Origin: a virus
Taxonomy: Duplodnaviria; Caudoviricetes
DNA: 64,000 bases
Virus record (IMG/VR): IMGVR_UViG_3300021958_000028
Span: 61,108 to 125,107 of that record
Reading direction: 5' to 3' (one strand)
The position numbers and the translations under genes are program-made. The notes beneath the pieces were generated by a model. It saw only the letters and a list, made by a program, of their open reading frames with translations, searched no databases and was not told the origin of the DNA. This document shows positions 17,116-28,310 of the stretch, one piece after another (the stretch's first letter is position 1; each line of letters begins with the position of its first letter).

Positions 17116-18969
17116 ATGGCACTTCCAATACTGGCAAAGGGGATTACAAGTGCATTGGTAAAGAAGGGCAAGAGTGCAAAAAAAGATGATAAGGTATCAG
17201 CACAAAAACTTCTTCCTAACTCAACTACTTCTCCTGCAAAAAGTAGAGCACAATTCTCTAAGGTTGAACCTAGAAAACTTGCACCCTATAGAAAAAAAGT
17301 TGAGACGACTAAGTTTCTTCCCCCCTCAAAAGTTGATGAAAAGTTTAGTATCAATAAACTTGATGCTCTTCTCACGTCTTTAGTTGGTTCCACCGCTAAC
17401 TTACAGAGAATAACCAAGAAAGATTTAAGTGACGAGAGGAAAAATAATAGAACTAAGGAGAATATAAAGCAGAAATCAAAACGTCAAAGAAATGAAGAAA
17501 AAACAGAATCCAAGAAAACTGTAGCAAAAGTTTCAAAACCAATGAAACTTACGATGCCTTCCCTTTTTATGGATATTTTCAAGATAGGTGGCAGACTTAT
17601 CTTGTCGTTGGGTATCATGGAGTTATTAAAATTCCTTGATCCAGAGAAAAAAGAATCTATTTTTGGATTCTTGACGGAACACCTTGACAAAATTATTTTA
17701 GGAACTCTTGGGATATTGGGTATTACATTTGTAGCTTCATTTTTACCTGTTATTAGTATGGTAGGGACTATTCTCTCAATCGTTAGTCCAATTATAATGG
17801 CCATGGCAGGTCTTTTGTTAAATCCTATGATTTGGGCCCTTCTTGGTGTAGGATACGCCGCAACAAAACAGAAATTGGGTGATGGTGAGAAAGAAATGGT
17901 GAGACAGTTAGAAAATCAACTTCCTAATAAAAAAGATCGTGACAATCCTTTGAAAGTATTTGCTAAGAGTAATAGAAACAAACTTATTGAAAAATTGAAA
18001 AAACAAAAAGAAAACCTAAATCCATTAGAGATTGTTCAGGGTGTAGGTCTTGAAATTGATGAAAATATTGGTTTCTTGGAAACTGGAAAGTTTAGACATG
18101 GTATAGAAATTGAAGGTTTGAAAGTACCTGGACTTCCCTTTAATTATGAAATGGGAGGTGAATTGGATTTTGAAACAGGAGAAGCTACTGGTGGTTTCAG
18201 TTTTAAAAAGTCACCTGAAGTACAAACTCAACCACAATCACCTATGATGGGTGATACCAAATTGGGTGGTGTATCTGGTGATAGTGGTAGTGCAATGTAC
18301 AAGGGTCGAGGAAAAAAAGCGGCATTGTCCACAGGAATAACTCCATTCCTTCAGAGTGATATTGATAAACAAGGTATATCAATTATATCTGGATTTGGAA
18401 AAAGATTTGGTAGAGATCATAAAGGATATGATCTACCTGCGGCTGAGGGAACTCCACTTCATGCATACTTACCAGGAGTTGTTGTAAGAAACATGCCAAA
18501 TGTAAGTGGATATGGAAATCTTGTGGAATGGAAAGATGATGTATATGGTCAGACTCATATGTTTGCTCATATGATGGAACCATCCGAACTCAGATCTGGA
18601 ACTAAGTTTAAAGCAGGAACTGTGTTGGGAAAAGTTGGTACTACTGATGGTGGAACTGGCATATCTGAAGGTCCTCATTTACATTGGGAAATTGGTCCTC
18701 AAGGTTCTGAAGTAGATCCTGGAGAATGGCTCAAATCACATCCTATCAACATGGCACCAAAAAAACCACCCAATAAAGCACAGGAAGTTAGTTCTACTAC
18801 ATCTTACGAAGAAACAGGAACACAGGTTGCAATGATTCAAGTACCTTTACCAGTTCCTATGCCACTTCCTGGTGGCGGCGGTGGTGCTTCTTCCGGTGGT
18901 TCCCGTAGTTCTGGTGGTATTGATGATATAGATAGCATAATCTTAGGACGATCTTTTTCTAACGCATAA
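17116..18969 (+). CDS. Tail-associated protein with M23 peptidase domain
   Basis: H.G.D (HKGYD), GYGNLV, HLHWE M23 motifs; central hydrophobic stretch. Confidence 0.8.
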   Translation: MALPILAKGITSALVKKGKSAKKDDKVSAQKLLPNSTTSPAKSRAQFSKVEPRKLAPYRKKVETTKFLPPSKVDEKFSINKLDALLTSLVGSTANLQRITKKDLSDERKNNRTKENIKQKSKRQRNEEKTESKKTVAKVSKPMKLTMPSLFMDIFKIGGRLILSLGIMELLKFLDPEKKESIFGFLTEHLDKIILGTLGILGITFVASFLPVISMVGTILSIVSPIIMAMAGLLLNPMIWALLGVGYAATKQKLGDGEKEMVRQLENQLPNKKDRDNPLKVFAKSNRNKLIEKLKKQKENLNPLEIVQGVGLEIDENIGFLETGKFRHGIEIEGLKVPGLPFNYEMGGELDFETGEATGGFSFKKSPEVQTQPQSPMMGDTKLGGVSGDSGSAMYKGRGKKAALSTGITPFLQSDIDKQGISIISGFGKRFGRDHKGYDLPAAEGTPLHAYLPGVVVRNMPNVSGYGNLVEWKDDVYGQTHMFAHMMEPSELRSGTKFKAGTVLGKVGTTDGGTGISEGPHLHWEIGPQGSEVDPGEWLKSHPINMAPKKPPNKAQEVSSTTSYEETGTQVAMIQVPLPVPMPLPGGGGGASSGGSRSSGGIDDIDSIILGRSFSNA

Positions 18970-20360
18970 TGGCAAATACTCCATATAAACAATCCATTAG
19001 ACCTGGAGATATAAAATTCTTTAAGATCAAAGGATCTAATGGTAAGTCCACTGATCTTAGTGGTTCTATTGCAGAATTTTATTATTATGAAAGTATTCTA
19101 GCCAATACTGTGACGGCTACGGTTGCCTTTATAGATACTGGATTTGAAAAAGAAGGTAATACTAGACTGAATACCAGTGGTATTATTGATGACCTTGAAT
19201 TGGTTGGTGGTGAAGAAATTGAGTTTGAAGTTATTGATAATAACGATGTAACTTCTGAAAGTGAAGGAACACTTACCTCTGCAGTCTGTGATTCGGACGT
19301 AATGTACATTAAGAAGATCAGAAATGTTGCTACTCAAGGTACAAAGAAGATGTTTGTTTTGGATTTAGTTACTAAAGAGTACTGGACTAATGAAGAAACA
19401 AGAGTTACCAAGAGATATAATGGTAATCCAGGAGACCATGTTAAGGATATTCTTCAAAATATTTTAGGTTTAGGAGCAGATGTCTTTGATATTGAACAGA
19501 GTAGTTATGATTATAACTTTATCGGTAATACAAAGAAACCACTTTACACCTGTACCTGGTTAGCATCTAAGTCTGCAACTTCACAAACTGCATCAGATGA
19601 TCCAGAGAAAGGAACTCTTTTAGGTGCTACTGCAGGTTTTTTCTTCTTTCAAACTAGAGATAAGTATTACTTCAAGTCGGTTGATACTCTTGCTGACCAA
19701 TTGGTAAAACCAGGTCGTGATTTTATTTACAATAATACAGGTAAGGAACCAAAGGGTGGTATTGGTGGAAAGAAAATTAATATTTTAGATTATACTACTC
19801 AACAACAGGTAGATATTGGAAAAGACTTATCATTAGGTGTGTATAATAGTAAGACGATTTTCTTTGACTTATATTCGCTTAGTTACAGAGTAGTGGATTT
19901 TAGTTTTGATGAAAATAAAAAAGGCAAAGTAAAATTATTGAATGAGAGCACAAATAATCCACAAAAAGAAATTACAGAAAAACCTTCAAGGTTATTTTTT
20001 AGTTATCTTGATGTTGGAACTTTGCCTAATGATAGTAAAGATAGTAAAGATAGTAAATTAATAGATGATAGAAAGGATCCATCGTCTACCACTAGGTCTC
20101 CAGAGTCAATGGTTCAATCTATTACGAGATATAATGAACTATTCAGAACTAAAATAAATATAATCATACCCGGAGATTTTAGTATTAGGGCTGGGGACGT
20201 TGTAAACTGCACATTTGTAAATTTGAATACTGAAGTTTCTGGTGGTAGTCAAACTCTTTCTGGAAGATTTATTGTTGCAAATGTCTGCCACAAAGTAAAT
20301 TCAGAACAAACACTATCAAGCATTGATATCATTAGAGATAGTTTCGGAGACATTGGATAA
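18969..20360 (+). CDS. Baseplate hub protein (gp27-like)
   Basis: YYESIL, YNFIGN.KKP, GFFFFQT...FKSVD, PGDFSI.AGD; precedes gp5. Confidence 0.65.
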   Translation: MANTPYKQSIRPGDIKFFKIKGSNGKSTDLSGSIAEFYYYESILANTVTATVAFIDTGFEKEGNTRLNTSGIIDDLELVGGEEIEFEVIDNNDVTSESEGTLTSAVCDSDVMYIKKIRNVATQGTKKMFVLDLVTKEYWTNEETRVTKRYNGNPGDHVKDILQNILGLGADVFDIEQSSYDYNFIGNTKKPLYTCTWLASKSATSQTASDDPEKGTLLGATAGFFFFQTRDKYYFKSVDTLADQLVKPGRDFIYNNTGKEPKGGIGGKKINILDYTTQQQVDIGKDLSLGVYNSKTIFFDLYSLSYRVVDFSFDENKKGKVKLLNESTNNPQKEITEKPSRLFFSYLDVGTLPNDSKDSKDSKLIDDRKDPSSTTRSPESMVQSITRYNELFRTKINIIIPGDFSIRAGDVVNCTFVNLNTEVSGGSQTLSGRFIVANVCHKVNSEQTLSSIDIIRDSFGDIG

Positions 20361-22820
20361 ATGTTAGATCAAGTTCTACAAAATAAAGAATTTATAGGAA
20401 GAGACGGATTCTATTGGTGGGTTGGTCAGATTCCTAAAGAGGAGGTTTGGAGAGACAACATTTCTGGTTTTCCGTCAAATGATAATACAGAATCAAAAGG
20501 ATTTGGTGAGAGATATAAAGTCCGTATTATGGGTTCTCACCTAGGTGGATGGGAGAGTCAATCTGCATCAGAAGATCCTGATATTGCTGATGAGGATTTA
20601 CCTTGGGCAGTTGTGATGTATCCTGTGACTGCTGGTGGAGGAGGAGGTGGATGTTATACTTCTGCAAATCTAACACAAGGATCATTCGTATTTGGTTTTT
20701 ACTTTGATGGTAAGGATGGACAACAACCTGTTATCATGGGTACCTTTGGGTATAATGATTTCAACCAAGTTAGTGTCATTCCGTCATCATCATTCGAGCC
20801 ATTCACAGGATACGCTGATGGATTTGTTCCATATTACTCTCAGAAAAATAGTCTTGGTGGAACATTTGCTGATGCACTCCGAATTACTGGCAATCTTGCT
20901 GAGAAACAGTCAGAGTCTGTAAATGGTTCTAACACAGCATCGGATATTGGTTCTGTTAAGAGCGGGGAAGATGGTAAAGAAAAAACACAACTTCCTCCAC
21001 CACCAGATTGTAAGTCTCCTTTGACTTCAATGCAACTTCAAATAAAAAATACTATTCAACAAATTGAAAAGGCAAAGAAAAGCGTATATGATTTTAGGTT
21101 TAATTTAAACAAAGACATTGCAAAAACACAAGAATGGATTGATAAAAAAATTGTAGAAGGTGCAAAAATAATTGCAGGTGCTGTCAAGTGGTTGTTTACG
21201 GAAATTGAAAAGTTTGTTATTGGAAAGTTTAATTCTGTTGCAAAGAAATTTTATAACTTGTTGATGCCTAATGAACAACCTACCATGAAAGAGGCCATGG
21301 AGAAAGGTAGTGACATTATTGCATGTCTTTTCAAAAAAATTATTGGTAAATTGTTTGACATGGTTCTTGGATTCCTCAAGGGAGCAGTTGATAGAGTTGT
21401 TAACACTGCCGAGTGTCTTGTTAATAACTTCTTAGGTGGATTACTTGGTCAACTTGCTGGTTTGATTGATGGTGTAGTAAGTCAAGCCTTCGGTGCAATT
21501 CAATCTATTATCAATGGGGTTGGTGGTATTGTTGATAGTGTTCTTGGTATTGCTGGAGGAGGTCTGCAAATTATCTTGGATGTTATTTCTTTCTTGAGTT
21601 GCGAGGAGAAACCAGAGTGCTCCACGGTAGAAAACTGGAGTATATGGGATGGTAGTAATTCTGGAATAATTGATAATTTTGATTCATTGATTGAAAATAT
21701 TACAAGTACGGCAGAATCATTTACCAATGCAATAGACATTGATAATTTTAATTTCAACTTAGATTTTAATAATTTATTTGATGCGGGTTCTTGTTATACT
21801 GGACCAAGAACTTGTGGAACACCTACTCTTGATACTTTTGGTTCAGGTACAGGTGCTGCTATCAATCTTATCGTAAGTGGTGGTGGTGAGATTCTTGGTG
21901 GTGATGTGGTTAATGCGGGTTATGGTTATGTTGTAGGAAGTACTTATACAAAGGTTGTCGATGATTGTGGTATAGGTCAAGGTGGTATTGTAACTCCTGT
22001 ATTTGGAGGAACACTTCCTGATGGAACCCCAATTACTTCAGGAGATGGAGGAACACTTCCTGATGGAACCCCAATTACTTCAGGAGATGGAGGGACACCT
22101 GATGTTGACGTTAGGGATCCTAACGGCAATCCTACTGTTGGTATAGTTGATATTATAGTCGTTCAACCTGGTAAAGATTATCTTCCTACACCAAATGGTT
22201 CTATTGGTGGTGATGGTAGAGTATGGGCAAATCCAGAAGATACTAATATCACTAATGGAGATGGAACTATTAGAGTTCCTATTCCTCCAGAAAACCCTGT
22301 TAATGTAAGTCCTGGTGATGAGGTTACTATTCCACCGGGAACAGAGATTGAAACAGATGCTGGTCAAATTATTCCTGGTGGAATACCAACAATCATTACA
22401 CAAGAATCAGTTCTTACCACTCCACCACTTACTATAGTAAAACCTTTTGTAAATTACCCATCACTGGATACTGGTTCTTATCCAGTTATTCTCTATCTTT
22501 GTGAGGTAATTATTGACAATCCAGGTATTAATTATAGTGAAGGTGATGAAATTGTTATTGAACCCAATTTTGGTGCCAAGGCTGTACCCAAACTTGGAGA
22601 CTTTGGTAAAATTGTATCCATCAAAGTTACTGAAGGTGGTGAAGGATTTACTGAGATACCAAAGATTACTATGAAATCTCAGTCAGGCTTCAATGCAGAA
22701 CTGATTCCGAAGTTCTGTATAGATAGAATAGGAGAGAATGATTTGGAGAGAGAACCAGACTTCCAAGATAAGGTTATTTCTGTTATAGATTGTGTAGGTA
22801 AGTTTAATGTCCCAAACTAA
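20361..22820 (+). CDS. gp5: Baseplate hub/needle protein gp5 (N-terminal OB fold)
   Basis: FYWWVGQI, RYKVRIMG.H, LPWA, VFGFYFDG..GQQPVIMG. Confidence 0.85.
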   Translation: MLDQVLQNKEFIGRDGFYWWVGQIPKEEVWRDNISGFPSNDNTESKGFGERYKVRIMGSHLGGWESQSASEDPDIADEDLPWAVVMYPVTAGGGGGGCYTSANLTQGSFVFGFYFDGKDGQQPVIMGTFGYNDFNQVSVIPSSSFEPFTGYADGFVPYYSQKNSLGGTFADALRITGNLAEKQSESVNGSNTASDIGSVKSGEDGKEKTQLPPPPDCKSPLTSMQLQIKNTIQQIEKAKKSVYDFRFNLNKDIAKTQEWIDKKIVEGAKIIAGAVKWLFTEIEKFVIGKFNSVAKKFYNLLMPNEQPTMKEAMEKGSDIIACLFKKIIGKLFDMVLGFLKGAVDRVVNTAECLVNNFLGGLLGQLAGLIDGVVSQAFGAIQSIINGVGGIVDSVLGIAGGGLQIILDVISFLSCEEKPECSTVENWSIWDGSNSGIIDNFDSLIENITSTAESFTNAIDIDNFNFNLDFNNLFDAGSCYTGPRTCGTPTLDTFGSGTGAAINLIVSGGGEILGGDVVNAGYGYVVGSTYTKVVDDCGIGQGGIVTPVFGGTLPDGTPITSGDGGTLPDGTPITSGDGGTPDVDVRDPNGNPTVGIVDIIVVQPGKDYLPTPNGSIGGDGRVWANPEDTNITNGDGTIRVPIPPENPVNVSPGDEVTIPPGTEIETDAGQIIPGGIPTIITQESVLTTPPLTIVKPFVNYPSLDTGSYPVILYLCEVIIDNPGINYSEGDEIVIEPNFGAKAVPKLGDFGKIVSIKVTEGGEGFTEIPKITMKSQSGFNAELIPKFCIDRIGENDLEREPDFQDKVISVIDCVGKFNVPN
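22004..22093 (+). repeat. Exact 42 bp tandem duplication (GGTLPDGTPITSGD x2)
   Basis: Units 22004-22045 and 22046-22087 are identical. Confidence 0.9.
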
Positions 22821-23394
22821 AGATTACCATGTCATAAGATATGGTAACATGCATGGCGAGATAAAATTTGGTCACATTTGGCCAGATAATAATCAGTCTG
22901 CTGCACTCTTAAGAAGTGGTAAGAATGAAAAACATTATATCACTTTAGAGCAAAAGGGTGAAAATCATAGGAAACATGGTACAATCTGTAGATCACCCGG
23001 TGCATTTCAGGTAAAGGCTGGTGATAATTGTACTACAAAAGATGAACCTGCTGTCTTTATTGATGCGGTAAGTGGAAACCTGGTTCTCAACGCACTTAAC
23101 GGCAATGTTGAGATTAGAGGAAGAAACGTTCTGATTCAAACTACTGGTCCAGATAACAAGGGTGGTAGTATTAGAATGTATGCCAATGAGAAGATCATTG
23201 GTAAGGCACAAACCATTGATTTTAACTCAAAAATTTCTACAAAAATATTCTCTGAAAAGTCTGTAGAAGTTATTGGTAAATCGGTGTTAAATATATACGG
23301 TGGAATGATTGACTGTGCCGATGGTGCTACAGAAGTCAATGGATCTAAAGGAACACCATCATCTAATGAACAAAAAAACAGAGCAATAGTATAA
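22807..23394 (+). CDS. gp5 C-terminal-like beta-helix protein
   Basis: Short beta repeats, follows gp5. Confidence 0.55.
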   Translation: MSQTKDYHVIRYGNMHGEIKFGHIWPDNNQSAALLRSGKNEKHYITLEQKGENHRKHGTICRSPGAFQVKAGDNCTTKDEPAVFIDAVSGNLVLNALNGNVEIRGRNVLIQTTGPDNKGGSIRMYANEKIIGKAQTIDFNSKISTKIFSEKSVEVIGKSVLNIYGGMIDCADGATEVNGSKGTPSSNEQKNRAIV

Positions 23395-24092
23395 TGAAAG
23401 TACCTGACATTGCAGTAGGAAAAAGATTATTTTGTGGTTTAGGAAAACCTGAACTTCTTGGTCGTGGACCTTTAGAGGTTCGTGGTTCTGCTTATGTAGA
23501 GGGCCCGGAGATTGTTGGTGATCCTACTGGTCAGTTTGACCCTGTGACAGCTGTTGCCGATGGTTTACCTGCAGGACCAACTAATGGTATTGCCAATGTA
23601 ATGATTGGTCAGAACAAGAATATTGAGATGAAACCCATCCCGTTTTATGCGTTGATGGTGAAGTCATTTGCAAGAATCAAAAGTTTTTTGAAAGTTGACA
23701 CTCTTCTGACTGTAAAGACAATCAAGTCAAAGATTATCTACACTGAAGTTCTTCTTGCAAGATCAAAGAACTTCATGATCCCTCATCCAGACGACCCTAA
23801 CAAACAACTTGTTTATGCTTGTTTAGAAGGTCCAGAACATTCTGTATATGTAAGAGGACAACTAAAGAACAAAGATACTATTATTCTTCCAGAAGTTTGG
23901 AGAAACCTTGTGGATGAAAGGACTATCACAGTTTCCTTGACTCCAGTTGGAACTCATCAAGAGTTAATCGTGAAGAGAATACAAGATAATCAAATTGTCG
24001 TAGGAACAAAACCAGGTCTTCCTATCAACTGTTATTACCATGTATTTGCAGAAAGAAAAGATATTCCTAAATTAGTGACGGAGGTAGGTTGA
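23394..24092 (+). CDS. Virion structural protein with C-terminal chaperone-like domain
   Basis: KNFMIPHP...L.YACLEGPE..VYVRG, LPEVW..LVD. Confidence 0.65.
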   Translation: MKVPDIAVGKRLFCGLGKPELLGRGPLEVRGSAYVEGPEIVGDPTGQFDPVTAVADGLPAGPTNGIANVMIGQNKNIEMKPIPFYALMVKSFARIKSFLKVDTLLTVKTIKSKIIYTEVLLARSKNFMIPHPDDPNKQLVYACLEGPEHSVYVRGQLKNKDTIILPEVWRNLVDERTITVSLTPVGTHQELIVKRIQDNQIVVGTKPGLPINCYYHVFAERKDIPKLVTEVG

Positions 24093-24988
24093 TGCCAGGA
24101 CCATTTCAGTTAAGAAATTATGCAACATTTACTGGACCTCTCCAGAAAGATGAAGCCGCATATAATTATGAACTTTCAGAAAAAGAGGGTATTTGGCATA
24201 CTGACATTCCAACAGACACATCATTTCCGTTGACAGATGTTGGTCTTGTCTTTTTTAGAGATTTTAGCGACTTCAGTTATTTCCATCTTTATGCTTCAGC
24301 ACCACAAATTGTTGTTCTTGAAAAACAAGCAGGACAGAAACTTCCCAGTTTGTTTCTACAGGTTCTTAACACTATTGTAAATGGTAATATTATTGTTAAT
24401 GGAACTATTGTTGCCAATAAAACAATTACTTGTAATGGCATTGTTGTTTGTAATGGTGTGATGAAGAATACTGGAGCAGTTATTCATGGATCATCATCAA
24501 CTATGAATGGTGCAGTTGCTATGACTGCTACCGCAACACTGGCAGGTGTTGGTGACATGGCATCATACATGACCACCACTAGAGGTATTGCATTATCCAA
24601 GAAGTCATTTGATATTCCACACCCATCAAAGAAAGATCATAGACTAAGATATGTCTGTGTTGAAACTCCAAAGGCAGATGTATATGTTAGAGGTAAGTTG
24701 AAGGGTAGTAATGTAATCAATCTTCCTGAATACTGGAAAGGTTTGGTTGATCCTGATAGTATTGATGTTGTCCTTAGTCCCATTGGTTCTTTTCAGGAAC
24801 TTTATGTAGAGGATGTTCAGTGGGGAACTAAGGTGATTGTGAAGAATAGTGCTGGTGGTCCTGTTAATTGTAGTTATGTTGTCTATGGTGAAAGAAAAGA
24901 TACTGAACCTAACATTCCTGAGTATAAAGGATTGACAGAAGCAGACTATCCAGGTGATAATAGTGGGTATAATATTAATAGTGATTGA
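24089..24988 (+). CDS. Virion structural protein, paralogous C-terminal domain
   Basis: KSFDIPHP...LRY.C.E.P..VYVRG, LPEYW..LVD. Confidence 0.65.
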   Translation: MMPGPFQLRNYATFTGPLQKDEAAYNYELSEKEGIWHTDIPTDTSFPLTDVGLVFFRDFSDFSYFHLYASAPQIVVLEKQAGQKLPSLFLQVLNTIVNGNIIVNGTIVANKTITCNGIVVCNGVMKNTGAVIHGSSSTMNGAVAMTATATLAGVGDMASYMTTTRGIALSKKSFDIPHPSKKDHRLRYVCVETPKADVYVRGKLKGSNVINLPEYWKGLVDPDSIDVVLSPIGSFQELYVEDVQWGTKVIVKNSAGGPVNCSYVVYGERKDTEPNIPEYKGLTEADYPGDNSGYNINSD

Positions 24989-25662
24989 TGAATAAGGTAC
25001 ATGAGATATTCCCTCTGGTAATTTATCAAGATAGTATTGAATGTCATGAAGAGTTTAAAAAAGAAAATATAATCTCTATAAAAAAGTATTGGTTCAATGG
25101 ATATGAGAATGAGAGCCCAGAATACTCTGGGAAAATCTTTTTACACCTAGATCCACAATATAATCTTTTCTTCAGTGACCTAAAAAAATCTATTGATAAT
25201 TACTTTTATCATCTGAATGTTGACTACTCAAAACTTGATTATCATGTAACCAAGTCTTGGGTTGGGTATCATAACAAAGAAATACCTGGATTGAATCTAC
25301 ATAATCACAATGAGTCAAACATAAGTTTTGTTTACTATCTCAAGTCAAGTGATACCTCAGATAAATTTTGTGTATCACAATCTCGAAATGTAAATGAGAA
25401 TACTGGTGGACTATTTGAAACTAGTAAACAAAGGAATACAATCAAAGGATTTAACAAATACAATTGCAATAATTACACTATTACACCATATGAAGGTAGT
25501 GTTCTCATCTTCCCAAGTAGTACTCTTCACTCTACATTGAAAATATCAGAAAAAGAAGATGAAAGAATTGTAATAGCTGGTGATGTGAGAGTCACTCTTA
25601 AAGAAGAACATTACAATCATCATCAAGGTTCTACTCATCCAAATCAATGGAAACAGATCTAA
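24988..25662 (+). CDS. 2OG-Fe(II) oxygenase
   Basis: SW...HNH...SFVYY, LIFPS..LH, RIVIA. Confidence 0.8.
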   Translation: MNKVHEIFPLVIYQDSIECHEEFKKENIISIKKYWFNGYENESPEYSGKIFLHLDPQYNLFFSDLKKSIDNYFYHLNVDYSKLDYHVTKSWVGYHNKEIPGLNLHNHNESNISFVYYLKSSDTSDKFCVSQSRNVNENTGGLFETSKQRNTIKGFNKYNCNNYTITPYEGSVLIFPSSTLHSTLKISEKEDERIVIAGDVRVTLKEEHYNHHQGSTHPNQWKQI

Positions 25663-25686
25663 ATAACAAAATAGTAGTTTTATAAT

Positions 25687-26955
25687 ATGTCTACATTATC
25701 AACAACAGGACAATTTGTTACTACCGGACTTTCATCTGAAAAATCTGCTAGAGATGAGGAGAATAATGTATTTGACTATCCTATAGGAATTGCGTCAACT
25801 GCGGTAAATGAATTTCAGAAGGTATCGAGAGAACTTGACTTAAAAGTTCTTGAAGAAGTTACAGGACAGATAGAGATAATCAACAGTAAGAAGAAAGAGT
25901 TGGTTGATTTAGGTAATTCTGCACTAGGATTATTCAAACCAGGAGTATTTCCACCAGCTTGTGGAACATACGAATCTGTTGATAGTGGTAATAATGACAT
26001 TTCTTCAGGAAATGCATCAATTGGTGCAGAAGAAGATGCAGGTACACCTGGTATTGGTACAGCAACTCCGAAAGTTGGTTATTCGGTTGTAAGAGCTGAT
26101 GCGATTAGGATAATAAGATATCCTTATCTAGAGCAAAGAATTGCTCCTAATGATAATGCACTGGAAGGGTTGAAATATCCTATTTTGACCAATGGAAATG
26201 CGGGCGAGGGCGAAGAAGATATTTGGGTCAAAAACTCAATCTATGCTGATCCTGTAGGACTAAACATTTACATTAGTAGTGATGATGGTGACTGGGATGT
26301 TACTGGATTTCCTAGTGGTTTGGAGGGAGGAGATACATTAGGAAGATATTATCCCATTGATCCCACAGGAGTAGGAGTATCAGAATATAAAGTAACTGGT
26401 TCATGTACTATTGGAGGCCAATTTAATATTGATCCTTTGTATGAATCTGCAACTAGTTTCTATGTTGGAGTTCAGACAGGTTGTACTTGGTCTGTTGGTG
26501 TAGGATCTACTGGCAGTATTCAAATCGTAAGTTGGGATGTTGAAGATGGTTCATTAGGATTGACTACTTCTATTCCTGGATTTGGACCGGCGCCTGGAAG
26601 CGGAACACTACAAGTTCCTGTTAATCAAAATTGTTCTGATTTCCAATCAAAACAACAGACATTATTAACTGAAATTGATAATATCAGAGTTGGTGTTTCT
26701 TCTTATCTAGTTTCTGTTAACACAACAAAGGCAAGAAAGACGAATAGTCAACTAGAACTTTGGTCAGCAGAAAGAACAAAGACACGAAATAAACAAGAGA
26801 GTGAAGGTGTAAATAATAATCCAAGAGACATTCAAGAGACTATTCCTGCAACCGTAGAAATTGATCCACAATTACCAACCAATGAAAATACATCAGATGC
26901 AGATAGAGGTCAATTAACGGCAGACAGTACTGTATTTACTGCAGACAGTAAATAA
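25687..26955 (+). CDS. Putative virion structural protein
   Basis: 422 aa, Gly/Thr/Ser-rich; late-type CTAAATA upstream. Confidence 0.6.
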   Translation: MSTLSTTGQFVTTGLSSEKSARDEENNVFDYPIGIASTAVNEFQKVSRELDLKVLEEVTGQIEIINSKKKELVDLGNSALGLFKPGVFPPACGTYESVDSGNNDISSGNASIGAEEDAGTPGIGTATPKVGYSVVRADAIRIIRYPYLEQRIAPNDNALEGLKYPILTNGNAGEGEEDIWVKNSIYADPVGLNIYISSDDGDWDVTGFPSGLEGGDTLGRYYPIDPTGVGVSEYKVTGSCTIGGQFNIDPLYESATSFYVGVQTGCTWSVGVGSTGSIQIVSWDVEDGSLGLTTSIPGFGPAPGSGTLQVPVNQNCSDFQSKQQTLLTEIDNIRVGVSSYLVSVNTTKARKTNSQLELWSAERTKTRNKQESEGVNNNPRDIQETIPATVEIDPQLPTNENTSDADRGQLTADSTVFTADSK

Positions 26956-26976
26956 TAAATAACCCTACGGAGATAA

Positions 26977-27382
<406 letters not shown>

Positions 27383-27404
27383 AAGAGAGTTCATAATCAA
27401 GTTT

Positions 27405-27623
27405 ATGCAATACAATAAAGAGGATTTTCTCATTGAGAGTCCAGACGACGAGTATATTACAACTTGTGTTATTGATGTAATGAGACGTAAATTCATACTT
27501 TATTCTAACGAGGGTGGCAAGAACACTGCTAATTGTGAAACTCCAGAAGAGTTTATGAATGTACTTGAAGCAATTAGATCGGTAATTCCAGAAAAAATTA
27601 TTAAGTATGTGGATCCTCAATGA
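27405..27623 (+). CDS. Conserved cyanophage hypothetical protein
   Basis: YSNEG...C.T.EEFMNVL; start moved downstream of the promoter. Confidence 0.65.
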   Translation: MQYNKEDFLIESPDDEYITTCVIDVMRRKFILYSNEGGKNTANCETPEEFMNVLEAIRSVIPEKIIKYVDPQ

Positions 27624-27671
27624 TTCAACATCAATCTAATTTATATCAAGAAATTCTAACCTGTTACGATT

Positions 27672-27848
27672 ATGAGACCAGAAACCCGTCAGTCTATGGA
27701 AATGTTATTCACAGCAAAATGGAACTTACCCAAGGCAGCAAAGAATGCCAACTTGACAGACAAGGAGATGAAGATCACCTTCAATGAATATTGTGTTCTT
27801 CATCCTGTAACTTGGACTAGTGAAGATAAATTGAATAAATTGGAATAA
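27672..27848 (+). CDS. Small hypothetical protein (58 aa)
   Basis: MRPETRQSMEMLFTAKWNLPKAA...; below the track cutoff. Confidence 0.6.
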   Translation: MRPETRQSMEMLFTAKWNLPKAAKNANLTDKEMKITFNEYCVLHPVTWTSEDKLNKLE

Positions 27849-27855
27849 TATTCGT

Positions 27856-27987
27856 ATGAAGGATTATTTCTGTATCATGACATGGAATTTTATGCTTGAA
27901 TGTATACGTTATCATTGGATACATAAGTCAGAAAAAGATCCTGTGCAATTCGTGAAAAATCTCAATCCTGATGAGGTAGTTCTTTGA
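27856..27987 (+). CDS. Small hypothetical protein (43 aa)
   Basis: MKDYFCIMTWN...; fills the gap and overlaps the next start. Confidence 0.45.
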   Translation: MKDYFCIMTWNFMLECIRYHWIHKSEKDPVQFVKNLNPDEVVL

Positions 27988-28277
27988 AACAACTGTTTAT
28001 AGTATCTATTGGTGACAACTCCTGTGTTACTCATGACGGACACGTTCAGATGGGGATCTTCAATCATTCTGTAGAGAAACATCTTGAACTATGTTCCGAA
28101 CAAGAATGGCAAGTAACGTATTGGATGCCCGATCCATTAGGGTTACGATATAAGAGAGCAAACTTCCAGCATACTATGAAGGCAAATGAAGGTTCTGCTA
28201 GAACTGATAATGCTGGTGATAGTCGTCCAAGAGACTTTCCTGACCAAGCAACAAATAGATTAGAGAGAACCGTCTAA
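27984..28277 (+). CDS. Hypothetical protein
   Basis: TTG start with GAGG RBS, 97 aa. Confidence 0.6.
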   Translation: MKQLFIVSIGDNSCVTHDGHVQMGIFNHSVEKHLELCSEQEWQVTYWMPDPLGLRYKRANFQHTMKANEGSARTDNAGDSRPRDFPDQATNRLERTV

Positions 28278-28310
28278 CTATTAATAAATATCTCAAACGA
28301 GGGGTTTCTT

